The position numbers were made by a program, and so were the translations under genes. Below, piece by piece: positions 22,665 through 31,824 of a stretch of DNA of 64,000 nucleotides. The notes beneath the pieces are model-generated. The model had not been told where the DNA came from. It saw only the letters and a program-made list of their open reading frames with translations, and made no database searches. Each line of letters opens with the position of its first letter. Within the stretch, counting starts at the first letter, position 1. The stretch is from an uncultured Chloroflexia bacterium (GTDB taxonomy: Bacteria > Chloroflexota > Anaerolineae > JAAYZQ01). The stretch is taken from positions 96,001 to 160,000 of the forward strand of contig CAVOXA010000022.1 of the NCBI GenBank assembly GCA_963700285.1, in the 5' to 3' direction.

Positions 22665-23162
22665 TCATCCCATCCTCATTAACTCTTCCCGCCAGCCGAC
22701 CTCGTCCAGCGCGTAGGCGGCTTGCCCCTCCCGCAGTATGCCTGGCCCAACGTTGTCACTAGCCATGCGCTCCAACATGGGGATCTCTGTTCCATCTGCA
22801 TGGTGTGTCTTCTGACGATCCACGTACCCGGCAAAGTTGGGCAGACGCTTGGCATCGAAGGAAAAGGCGCCGTATTCGTCCTGCCACTCAAAGTGTACGT
22901 CGCTCACACTGGATTGATTCAGTCGGGTGGACGCTACCCCCTTGATCTGTCCCACGAACTTGGCCACGGCGATGGCCGGCGGGATGGCCACTACCATATG
23001 CACGTGGTCGACAGTGCCGCCGATGGTGTAGACTACCCCCTTGAGGCCGGTGGCCTTGCCCGTCAGGTAGCCATAAATCTCCTTCTCAACCCGAGGGACG
23101 AGCAAGGGGTCCCGGTTCTTTGTGGACCAGACAAGGTGGTAGAAAAGCTGCCAATAGGGCAT
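22665..23162 (-). mobile_element. tnpA: IS200/IS605-family Y1 HUH transposase (REP-associated, RAYT-like), no tnpB
   Basis: YHLVWSTKNR, DHVH (HUH), WQDEYGAFS, YVDRQKTHH; flanked on both sides by the same palindromes. Confidence 0.9.
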
Positions 23163-23261
23163 TGCACTCCCTCCTTCTTTGCTGGGCTTTTCCCGGGTGG
23201 ACGGTCCGCAGCTACGGGGCTGCAAAGAGGCCACGCTCAGTGTGACGGCGTACCTGGATGT

Positions 23262-23490
23262 CAACCGCGCGGGCATGAATTGCCCGCGCTACGTAGCGAC
23301 GCCCCGTGAACGGGGCTTTCGGAATTCCGTCAGCAGCATCTGCAAGCCCGATTTCATCAGGCTCTGCTGCGTAGGCCAGACACTTTATGTCTGGCCGGTC
23401 TGAGGCCAGCGCGTATCTGCCCAATGGGGCAACTTGACCGCCGAGTAGACCGCGCGGGCATGAATTGCCCACGCTACGGAGCGACGCCCC
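23262..23490. repeat. Diverged copy of the 185-bp REP unit upstream of tnpA
   Basis: CGCGCGGGCATGAATTGCCCGCGCTAC, GCCCCGTGAACGGGGC, GTAGGCCAGACACTTTATGTCTGGCC. Confidence 0.85.
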
Positions 23491-25166
23491 AATAGAACGG
23501 CCATAGCTCCGACTCTACAAGTGTGACTGGCTTCCTGTTCGAAGCACCATCCCACGTGATCAACGCGACGTTCCACCAGACCGATTCACCGCGCTTGGTG
23601 GGCCCGTCCAGCCAGGTGTTCCAGTCTGTAGTGTCCATCATGAGTGCGTCGATATCCAGAGCTATGTATGTGTCCTTGACGGGTGCGCTCACTCCTCGAT
23701 ACTCGGCCGTAGTCACGGGCTCCTTGCGGATGCGCACCTCGAAGAACTGGTCAGGTTCAAGGATCCCCTTGCTCTGCCAGACGAATTGACTCTTCCTGGT
23801 CCAAGTGGCACCATAGGCAGGCGCAAGCAACTGTGGCACTGGCATCGGTTTGGGCATCGCCGTTGCCCTAGGTTTCGGCCTCTCCGTCGGTGCTACAGTC
23901 GGAGCCGCCGTATTCGTAGGCGTCAGGGTCGCCGTTGCAGTCGGCAACGGTGTATCCGTCGGTGCCAACGTCACTGTCTCCGTTGGCAGTGGTGTCGCAG
24001 TCGGCTCCGGCGTCATCGTAGGTGTATCGCTGGCCGTCGCCGTCGGCAGCGGCGTCGAGGTCTGCTCGATGACTACGATCTGCGTCTGCACCAGGGCCAC
24101 CAGCTCCGCCGTCGGCGTGGCCTCCCCACAGCCGCCATCCCCACCGAGTAGCACGACGCCCAGCACGGACGCCAGCAGCACCGCGGCCACGCCAACCGCC
24201 GGCCAGAACCAGCCCGGCCGCGGCGACCACTGCGTGGCTGCGGGCTCGGGCCGGGGACCAGCCGCCACGGGCACCGTTTTGATCACCGTCGGCGCCGACG
24301 ACGGGGCACCCGCCTCCTGCTGCAGCAACGCCGCCCGCAGTTGCGCCACGCCGCCGTAGCGTGCCTCCGGATTCTTGGCCAGCGCCCTGAGCACAACGCC
24401 GTCCAGCCAGGCCGGGACCTGGGGATTGTAGGCGCTGGGGGGGGCCAGGCTGTTGGCGTCGGATGCGGTAGACATTGTCGGCCTGGGTGGCCGGGGTCTC
24501 GCGCTGGTCAAAGTCGAGGTAGGTGCGGCCGGTGAGCATGCGGTAGAGGACGGCGCCGGTGGCATAGACATCGACGCGGGGGTCGTCGCGCACACCTTCG
24601 GCCTGCTCGGGGGACATGTAGGGCAGGGTGCCGGCGACAAAGCCAGCGGGGGTCATCCAGGTGCGGGATAGCATCTCTTCGGAGACGTGGGCGATGCCGA
24701 AATCGGCGACCTTGGCCGAATTCTGGGCAGAGAGGAGGATGTTGGCCGGCTTGAGGTCGCAGTGGACGACGCCCTGGTCGTGGGCGCATTGCAGGCCGGC
24801 GCAGACCTGGGCGGTGATGCGCACCGCGTCATCGACGGGCATGGGGGCCTGCTGGCGCAGGTGGTCCTCGAGAGAGCCGCCGGGCATGAACTCCATGACG
24901 ATGTAGTAGTTGTCGCCCTGTTGAAAGACGTTGTGGGTGCGAACGATCTGGCTGTGGGTGAGGCGCATGGTGGCCTTGGCCTCGGCCAGGAAGCGCTTGA
25001 GCATGGCGTCATTGCCGACGAGAGCCGGGATGAGCTCCTTGATGGCGACGTCCTCGCTGAGGAGGGTGTCCTGGGCCAGATAGACAAAGCCAAAGCCGCC
25101 GTGGCCCAGTTGGCGTAGAATGCGGTATTGGTCGTTGAGGAGGGAATCGCCGGGTTTCAGCGCCAT
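23474..25166 (-). CDS. Membrane Ser/Thr protein kinase (frameshift in G-run near 24440)
   Basis: LGHGGFGFVY, VAIKEL, HCDLKPANIL, DFG, GTLPYMSPEQ; TM, Pro/Thr linker and ectodomain in the second frame. Confidence 0.9.
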
Positions 25167-25571
25167 TGGTGTCTCCTTGTGGCTCCGTGGGCGCCAACTG
25201 CTGGTGCGGTCCATCGCTGCGGATGGCTTTGCAGCACTGCTTCCACATCCGCTGAAGTACATCCGAGCCAGACCGCGCAGCCTGCGCTGACAGTATACCA
25301 CCACTTGGAGGAATACACAAACCTCTGCGCGAGTGACTCGGGTCTTGGTTGGACCTAGCACGGTCTGGCATGGGTACCAGCCCTACCGGTAGCTGCAGCC
25401 TTCCGCAGGCATCTATCGCACAGGCTGCCCGCGTACCGAATCAACGCCCCGTGAACGGGGTCTTCTTGCTGACTCGCCGTTTTCCGCATGGACGGAGGAT
25501 GGGGGACTTGTGATCGGTCGTCTCTTATCCCATGGACCGGTGTGGACTCCATGCGCTTGGGCCACGCGCAA

Positions 25572-25620
25572 CAGCCCCACCCCCAGACCAAGAGGCCAGG
25601 GGGTGGGGCTGTTTGCTTTG
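25572..25620. terminator. Terminator hairpin downstream of the Hsp20 pair
   Basis: CAGCCCCACCCCC ... GGGGGTGGGGCTG inverted repeat. Confidence 0.6.
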
Positions 25621-25648
25621 CCAGGCGTCGGGCGCCTGGCGCTCCTCG

Positions 25649-26062
25649 TTAGGCGGCCTGGATGGCGATCTTGCGCTTTTGGGCCTCGGTGAACTTGGGC
25701 AGGTACAGCTCAAGCACGCCGTCCTTGACGGTGGCCTCAATGCCATCCCTGTCGATTTGGTTGGAGACGGTAAAGGCTCGCACAAAGTCGCCGACCTCGT
25801 ACTCGGCGAAGGCCAGCGTGTAGCCCTCGGGCTGCATCGGTTCGACGTAGCCGTTGATGGTCAGCACGTTTTCCTCCAGCGTAATATCGATTGAATCCGC
25901 GTCAACGCCGGGCAGGTCGGCGACGACCACGATGGCCTCATCGGTTTCGTAGATGTCCGCGCGGGGCACAAAGGCCAATGCATCGCGCGTGCGCTCGGCT
26001 CCCGACTCGACAAGCTGTTGCTTCTCGCTGTCCAGCACTTCCAGGGCCTGATCTTCTGACAT
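25649..26062 (-). CDS. Hsp20/alpha-crystallin small heat shock protein
   Basis: PRADIYET, ADLPGV, ATVKDGVLELYLPK. Confidence 0.93.
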   Translation of the reverse strand: MSEDQALEVLDSEKQQLVESGAERTRDALAFVPRADIYETDEAIVVVADLPGVDADSIDITLEENVLTINGYVEPMQPEGYTLAFAEYEVGDFVRAFTVSNQIDRDGIEATVKDGVLELYLPKFTEAQKRKIAIQAA

Positions 26063-26095
26063 GATATTTCCCTCCATTATCCTCGGTTGAACTCG

Positions 26096-26542
26096 CTAAG
26101 CCGCCTTGACGGTAATTTTCCGGGGCATGTCTGCCTCGGCTCGAGGCAAGACGACGTTCAACATGCCGTTCTCGAGCGTGGCTTCCACCGCATCCGCGTC
26201 TACCTGAAAGGGCAGGCGAAAGGTCCGGCTGAAGGAACCGCAGCGGCGCTCGCGCCGGTGATAGGTCACGCCTTCCTCCGGCTCATTCTGCTGCCGGCTG
26301 CCCCGCAGCGTCAACAGTTCGTTCTCGACCGAGATGTCGATGTCCTCGGCCTTGACGCCCGGCAGCTCGGCGGTGAGGATGGCGCTGTTCTCGCCGGTCC
26401 AGACATTCATGGCCGGGTACTCGGGCGCCACAGCCCATCTACTTCGCCGGGGCACATCGCCGTAGACACTTTCCATCTCGCGGCGCAGCCGTTCCACATC
26501 GCGCCAGGGTGATCTCCATCCACGATACGGTTGTCTTAACAT
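26096..26542 (-). CDS. Hsp20/alpha-crystallin small heat shock protein
   Basis: AELPGV, RERRCGSFSRTFRLP, ATLENGMLNVVLPR. Confidence 0.95.
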   Translation of the reverse strand: MLRQPYRGWRSPWRDVERLRREMESVYGDVPRRSRWAVAPEYPAMNVWTGENSAILTAELPGVKAEDIDISVENELLTLRGSRQQNEPEEGVTYHRRERRCGSFSRTFRLPFQVDADAVEATLENGMLNVVLPRAEADMPRKITVKAA

Positions 26543-27076
26543 GATATTTCCTCCTTATCTTGCTCGTTCTCTATTGGCTTCCTTGGCCGGTTACCGGGCC
26601 AGCCTTGATCCGCTATCAGAACGACCTTGGCTGTCCCCTTGTTCATTGGATAGTTTAGCGAAGCCATGTTAGAAAGACGTTTGAGCAACGTTAGAAGATT
26701 GTTAGACTTGTCTGATTTCTGTTAGAGATTTGTGCTCTATGGAAAGTCGCGGGCGATGCGCGGCATTGGTTGCATCGAGAATGTTCTCTACCCAGGTCTT
26801 CGGCGGTGAGCCCAGAGTGAGGGGATTGGCCACGTGGGCAGGTTGGAATCCCCCAGGTGGCCAATGCGTGGGGATGGGCAATGGGGTATAATTGGGGTGG
26901 ATGGCTGAATGGGGACGGTGGACCACAGACGATGGACCATAGACGGCGGACGACGTCAGATTCCTGGGAGGAATGGGTCGAGGTTGCCGGGCAGGATGGT
27001 GATAGAATTTGGGAAAGCATACGCAGTAGCTAATACGCAAGACGCAGCACGTACCACGTTTGACAGAGGAGTCAAC

Positions 27077-28000
27077 ATGTACGCAGTAGACGTTTCTCAC
27101 CTGGCCAAGCGCTTTGGCGACACCCAGGCCGTGGCCGACGTGTCTTTTGCCGTCGAGCGGGGCGAGGTGTTTGGCCTGCTGGGGCCCAACGGCGCCGGCA
27201 AGACGACGACCATCCGCCTGATCCTGGACATATTCAAGCCCGACGGCGGCGCGGTATCGATCCTGGGCGGGCCGATGACCGAGGAAAAGAAGGACCACAT
27301 CGGCTACATGCCCGAGGAGCGGGGCTTGTACCAGGACGCGCCCCTGGAGAACTGTCTGGTCTACCTGGCCACGCTCAAGGGGTTGTCCCAGGCGGAGGCC
27401 CGAGAGCGCCTGGCGCCCTACCTGGCGCGTTTTGACCTGGCGCAGCACAAGCGCAAGAAGGTCAAAGAGCTGAGCCGGGGCATGCAGCAGAAGGCCCAGA
27501 TCATCAGCACCGTGCTGCATGGCCCCGAGCTGGTGATCGTCGACGAACCTTTCAGCGGGCTGGACCCGGTGAACACCCAATTGGCCAGGGAGCTGATGCG
27601 CGAGCTGCGGGCCCAGGGCGTGACCATCATCATGTCCACCCACATGCTGCACCAGGTGGAGGAGCTGTGCGACCGGATCGCGCTCATCGACAACGGGCGC
27701 AACGTGCTCTATGGCGAACTGGCCCAGATCCGGCGCGACCACTCGGGACACGCGCTGCTGGTGCGGGTGGCGGGCGACCTGCCGCCGCTGGCTGGTGTGG
27801 AGACCGTGACCCCGCGCAACGGCAGCCTGTACCTGACGCTGGCGGCCGATGCCCGGCCCCAGGAGATCCTGGGGCAGCTCCTGGCCCACACCACCGTCGA
27901 GCAGTTCGAGATCGCGGTGCCGACGCTGGATGAGATATTCATTCGCACCGTCGGTCTGCCTCAGACCTCCGAGGTCGGGGAAGACCTCGGAAGAGCATGA
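27077..28000 (+). CDS. ABC-2 type transporter ATP-binding protein
   Basis: GPNGAGKTT, LSRGMQQK, DEPFSGLD, STH. Confidence 0.95.
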   Translation: MYAVDVSHLAKRFGDTQAVADVSFAVERGEVFGLLGPNGAGKTTTIRLILDIFKPDGGAVSILGGPMTEEKKDHIGYMPEERGLYQDAPLENCLVYLATLKGLSQAEARERLAPYLARFDLAQHKRKKVKELSRGMQQKAQIISTVLHGPELVIVDEPFSGLDPVNTQLARELMRELRAQGVTIIMSTHMLHQVEELCDRIALIDNGRNVLYGELAQIRRDHSGHALLVRVAGDLPPLAGVETVTPRNGSLYLTLAADARPQEILGQLLAHTTVEQFEIAVPTLDEIFIRTVGLPQTSEVGEDLGRA

Positions 28001-28011
28001 CGGGAGGCACC

Positions 28012-29208
28012 ATGTCTAAAATATGGCTGATTGCCCGCCATCACTTTCGCCAGGAGACGGGAAAGCGGACTTTTCTGCTGGTGCTGTTCAGCCTGCCGCT
28101 GTTCCTGGCCCTGACCATAGGCATGGGCTTTCTGTTCTCCAGACTGGAGCGGGAGCAGGTGGTGCTGGGTTACGTGGACCAGGCCGGACTGCTGGCGCAG
28201 ATTCCGCCGGCTGAGTCCGATGACGAGGTCCGGCTGGTGCCCTACGACGGGCGTGAAGAGGCCCGCGAGGCCCTGGAGGCCGGGCAGATCGGCGCTTTCT
28301 ATGTGCTGCCTCCGGATTTTGGGGGCCAGGCCGAGCTGGTTTATTACGAAGCGCCGCCCAACGCGGCCGTACGCCGTTTTGAGGATGCCGTGAGGCTGAA
28401 CCTGCTGGTCGGGCAGTCACCAGAGGTGGCGGCGCGGCTGATGTCCCGTCCCAGGGTGACCGTCCGGGCAGTGGAGGCCAACCGCGAGTACGCCGGCGGG
28501 GGTCCCAACGCCGGGGATTTTGTGCCCCTGGTGGCCGCGGCCATTTTTAGTTTCCTGGTACTGACGACGTCGGGCTACATGATGGCTGTGGTCGTGACAG
28601 AAAAGGAAAACAGGACCATGGAGGTGGTGATTACCTCGGTGTCGCCGGGCCAGATGATGGCCGGCAAGCTGCTGGGCGCCCTGGGCATCGCCGCCCTGCA
28701 ACTGGCGGTGTGGCTGGCCTTTCTGGTCCTGGCGCTGCTGCTGGGCCGGGTTATCCTTCACCTGGACTGGCTGCAAGGCGTGGCCGCAAGCTGGCGCAGC
28801 GTGCTTTCCATCGTGATCGTGGCCATTCCCTTTTACTTTTGCATCGCCGCGCTGATGACGCTGGTGGGCACCATGCTGTCCGACAGCCAGGAGGCCAACC
28901 AGGCCGGCGGGCTCTTTTTCATCCCGCTCTTCCTGCCCTTCTACCTGATCCTGCCGCTGGCCGCGAACCCCAACGGGCCGCTGGCGCTGGCGCTGAGCCT
29001 TTTCCCGGTGACGTCGGTGATGACCCTGGCCATACGCAGCCTGTTCATCGAGATCCCGGCCTGGCAGGTAGCGGCCGCGGCAGGCATCGCCCTGGCCTGC
29101 GGCGCGGTTCTGGTGTGGCTGACGGGTAAGGCGCTGCGCATGGGCATGTTACGCTACGGCAAGCGACTCAGGCTGCGCGAGCTCTTGGGGCGTACCGCTG
29201 TGGCTTGA
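28012..29208 (+). CDS. ABC-2 type permease (NatB-like)
   Basis: EKENRTMEVVITSV..GKLLG motif, about 6 TM segments. Confidence 0.9.
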   Translation: MSKIWLIARHHFRQETGKRTFLLVLFSLPLFLALTIGMGFLFSRLEREQVVLGYVDQAGLLAQIPPAESDDEVRLVPYDGREEAREALEAGQIGAFYVLPPDFGGQAELVYYEAPPNAAVRRFEDAVRLNLLVGQSPEVAARLMSRPRVTVRAVEANREYAGGGPNAGDFVPLVAAAIFSFLVLTTSGYMMAVVVTEKENRTMEVVITSVSPGQMMAGKLLGALGIAALQLAVWLAFLVLALLLGRVILHLDWLQGVAASWRSVLSIVIVAIPFYFCIAALMTLVGTMLSDSQEANQAGGLFFIPLFLPFYLILPLAANPNGPLALALSLFPVTSVMTLAIRSLFIEIPAWQVAAAAGIALACGAVLVWLTGKALRMGMLRYGKRLRLRELLGRTAVA

Positions 29209-29386
29209 GGCGCCACTCGCTCAATTGCTCTTGCTGAACCACAGTCAACCGGCGGACTGTGGTCCGCCGGAAGCGAGCTATCATGCGAGCAAGCTATCAT
29301 GCAAGCGAGCTATGAATCAATTGCTCCTGCTGGACCACAGTCCAGCAGGTCGTCTGACGGAAGTTGGCTGTGTACGTGGAGGACCG

Positions 29387-30628
29387 ATGAAAAAGACATG
29401 GTTGGTGATGTGGCACGAGATCCGGGCCACACTGCGGCGAAAAACCTTTCTGATCCTGGCCCTGGGATTGCCGGTGGGGCTGGCCGTCGTGGCCTTGGTG
29501 ATGATGGCCATCAACCGGGACGCGGCGCCGGCGACGGACGCCCTGGCCGGGATGGCCGACGCCGCCAGCGCCGGGCAGGCGGCCGAGGGTTACGTCGATG
29601 AGGGCAACTTGATCCGGGTCCTGCCACCCGATATCCCCCCGGGCCGGCTCAGCGAATACGCGGACGAGGCCGCGGCGCTGGCGGGGTTGGAGGCGGGCGA
29701 GATCGAGGGCTACTATGTCCTTCCGGCCGGCTATCTGCAGAGCGGCGAAATCACCTACGTGCGGCAGGAGTACAACCCGCTGGCGGGCGGGGCCGGCGGC
29801 CAGGCGTTCGAGTGGGTGCTGGTCTACAACCTGGCCGGCGATGACGAGCTGGCCGCCCGGATCCGCCAGCCCCTGGACGTCAAGGTGACGGCGCTGGCTC
29901 CCGTCGATCCGGAGGCGGCGGAGGACAACTGGTTCGTCGCGCTCTTCCCGACCATGATGGCCCTGATCCTGTACATGGCCATCCTGATCCCCTCCAGCAC
30001 GCTGATCAGCGCCGTGACGGATGAGAAAAAGAACCGCGTCATGGAGGTGTTGCTCTCATCGCTGTCGTCGCTGCAGATCGTCAGCGGCAAGGTCCTGGCC
30101 CTGGGGCTGCTGGGCTTGCTGCAGTTGGGCCTGTGGGTGGGCGTCCTGGTCCTGGTGATGCGTTTTGGCGGGCGTCCTCTCGACATCCCGCCCGGCACCG
30201 ATGTGCCCACCGGACTGTTGGCCTGGGCCTTTGTCTATGGCCTGCTGGGCTATGCCATCTATGGCGCTCAGATGGCCGGCGTCGGGGCGCTGGCGCCCGA
30301 CGTCAAGGACAGCCGCAGCGTCACCTTTGTGGTCATGGCGCCGCTCATCGTCGTCTATATGTTCCTGGTGGTCATTGTGATGGCGCCCGACGGCCCGGTG
30401 GCCCTGTTCATGAGCTTCTTCCCCCTGACTTCGCCGGTGGCCATGATCGCCCGCATGACGCAGATCGACGTGCCCCTGTGGCAGGCGCTGCTGGCCGCGG
30501 TCCTGCAACTGCTGACCGCCATCCTGATCGTGCGCCTGGCGGCCCGTCTCTTCCGGGCCCAGTACCTGCTGTCGGGCCGGGCTTTTTCGGTGGTGGGTTT
30601 CTATCGGACGCTGCTGGGGAGGGCGTAG
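29387..30628 (+). CDS. ABC-2 type permease (NatB-like)
   Basis: EKKNRVMEVLLSS..GKVL and SFFPLTSP motifs. Confidence 0.9.
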   Translation: MKKTWLVMWHEIRATLRRKTFLILALGLPVGLAVVALVMMAINRDAAPATDALAGMADAASAGQAAEGYVDEGNLIRVLPPDIPPGRLSEYADEAAALAGLEAGEIEGYYVLPAGYLQSGEITYVRQEYNPLAGGAGGQAFEWVLVYNLAGDDELAARIRQPLDVKVTALAPVDPEAAEDNWFVALFPTMMALILYMAILIPSSTLISAVTDEKKNRVMEVLLSSLSSLQIVSGKVLALGLLGLLQLGLWVGVLVLVMRFGGRPLDIPPGTDVPTGLLAWAFVYGLLGYAIYGAQMAGVGALAPDVKDSRSVTFVVMAPLIVVYMFLVVIVMAPDGPVALFMSFFPLTSPVAMIARMTQIDVPLWQALLAAVLQLLTAILIVRLAARLFRAQYLLSGRAFSVVGFYRTLLGRA

Positions 30629-30661
30629 AGGGGCTGTACCTCCCCATAATTGGCCAACTCA

Positions 30662-30837
30662 AAAGACTTCCGAGGTTGCGGAAAACCCCGGAAGCCTTGC
30701 CGTTTGAGCGGGCTTGACTCCCTGCTAGACCTGACAGGTCTGCCTTGGACCTGTCAGGTCTGTCTTTTTTGGTGCCGCGAACGACTCAAGTAGGGGCTGT
30801 ACCAAACCTCGGGGGTCGAAGCCAGACCCCCGAGGTC
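30662..30837. repeat. Cluster of three double-palindrome REP-like elements (AGACCTGACAGGTCT family)
   Basis: Inverted repeats near 30662, 30727 and 30803; relatives near 27962, 34571, 52221 and 53103. Confidence 0.7.
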
Positions 30838-31244
30838 AAGTTCCGGACGCGCGAACCTCCCAGCCAGTGTCAGGTTGCCGGGAGGATCGGGTCGCCAATT
30901 GCCTGGCGTTTTGTGCTATGATGCGCTTGAGACAGTGGATGACAAAGGGCCGGCATTCGCCGGCGGCGCAGAGCCTGCCCAAGATAGGCCATCTGACCAA
31001 CAAAAGATTGGCCGGATGGCGGATGCCGTCCTGCAACATTCGTGCTAGACTGGGTTAGACTTGGCGGGGCCCGTCAGGTCTAGCGGCGTGCTGGGGGGAG
31101 ACTTTCGGGCTGCGATCGGGTTCGGGGGCTCACGGGCTGCCGGACCCGGGCGGAAGGGTTCGGGTTCCGAGAGCGTACCTGAGTAGGCCCGGCAGCAGCC
31201 GCGGCGGACCAGCGGGCAGCCCGGGCCTGAAGGGAGCCAGCAAC

Positions 31245-31451
31245 ATGCGAACGGGTGCAGAGGACCAGGAAAAGGAGAGCGGCATCGGGACCAGGATCCT
31301 CCTTGGGGCTGCCCGGGGACTGATCCTTGGTACAGCGCTGGGCGTGGCGCTGGGCGGCGTGCTGGACAGCATGGCCCTGGGTATGGCCGCCGGCGCGGGC
31401 GTCGGGATCACCATCGGACTCGCGCTTACCTTCGGGCTGGACCGCCAGTGA
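31245..31451 (+). CDS. Small glycine-zipper membrane protein
   Basis: GxxxGxxxG repeats, 68 aa. Confidence 0.6.
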   Translation: MRTGAEDQEKESGIGTRILLGAARGLILGTALGVALGGVLDSMALGMAAGAGVGITIGLALTFGLDRQ

Positions 31452-31635
31452 CTGCTGGCGCCTTGCTGGTCTCTGCTCTCCCCCTGCTCGCAACCGGTCC
31501 GTGACCGGTTGCACGGTCATGGTACAGCCAGAAAGCGCTTGGTCAGGGAGCATGCCTGAGCGGGCAGAAGCCCTGGTTCTCTTGCGTAAGAGGTCGCAAC
31601 ACTGGGAGGCAAGATTGGACCGAGAAAAGCATGAT

Positions 31636-31824
31636 ATGGAGCGTGGGAACGGAAACCGGATGTCCATTGGCATCTCTATGGGCATACCCATCGGGGTTGT
31701 CCTGGGCATCTTTTTTGGTGCCGCCATGGACAGCCCGGGCCAGGGTCATGCCATTGGCATCGCAGTAGGTCTGGCGATTGGCACTGCTATTGGCGCAGCG
31801 CTGGAAAGCCGAAAGAGAGGATAG
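31636..31824 (+). CDS. Small glycine-zipper membrane protein
   Basis: SIGISMGIPIGVVLG...GIAVGLAIGTAIG. Confidence 0.6.
   Translation: MERGNGNRMSIGISMGIPIGVVLGIFFGAAMDSPGQGHAIGIAVGLAIGTAIGAALESRKRG

Noticed and set aside
19549-25166. Diversity-generating retroelement template/variable pair between the kinase paralogs
   Set aside because: Differences are not adenine-specific and no reverse transcriptase is present
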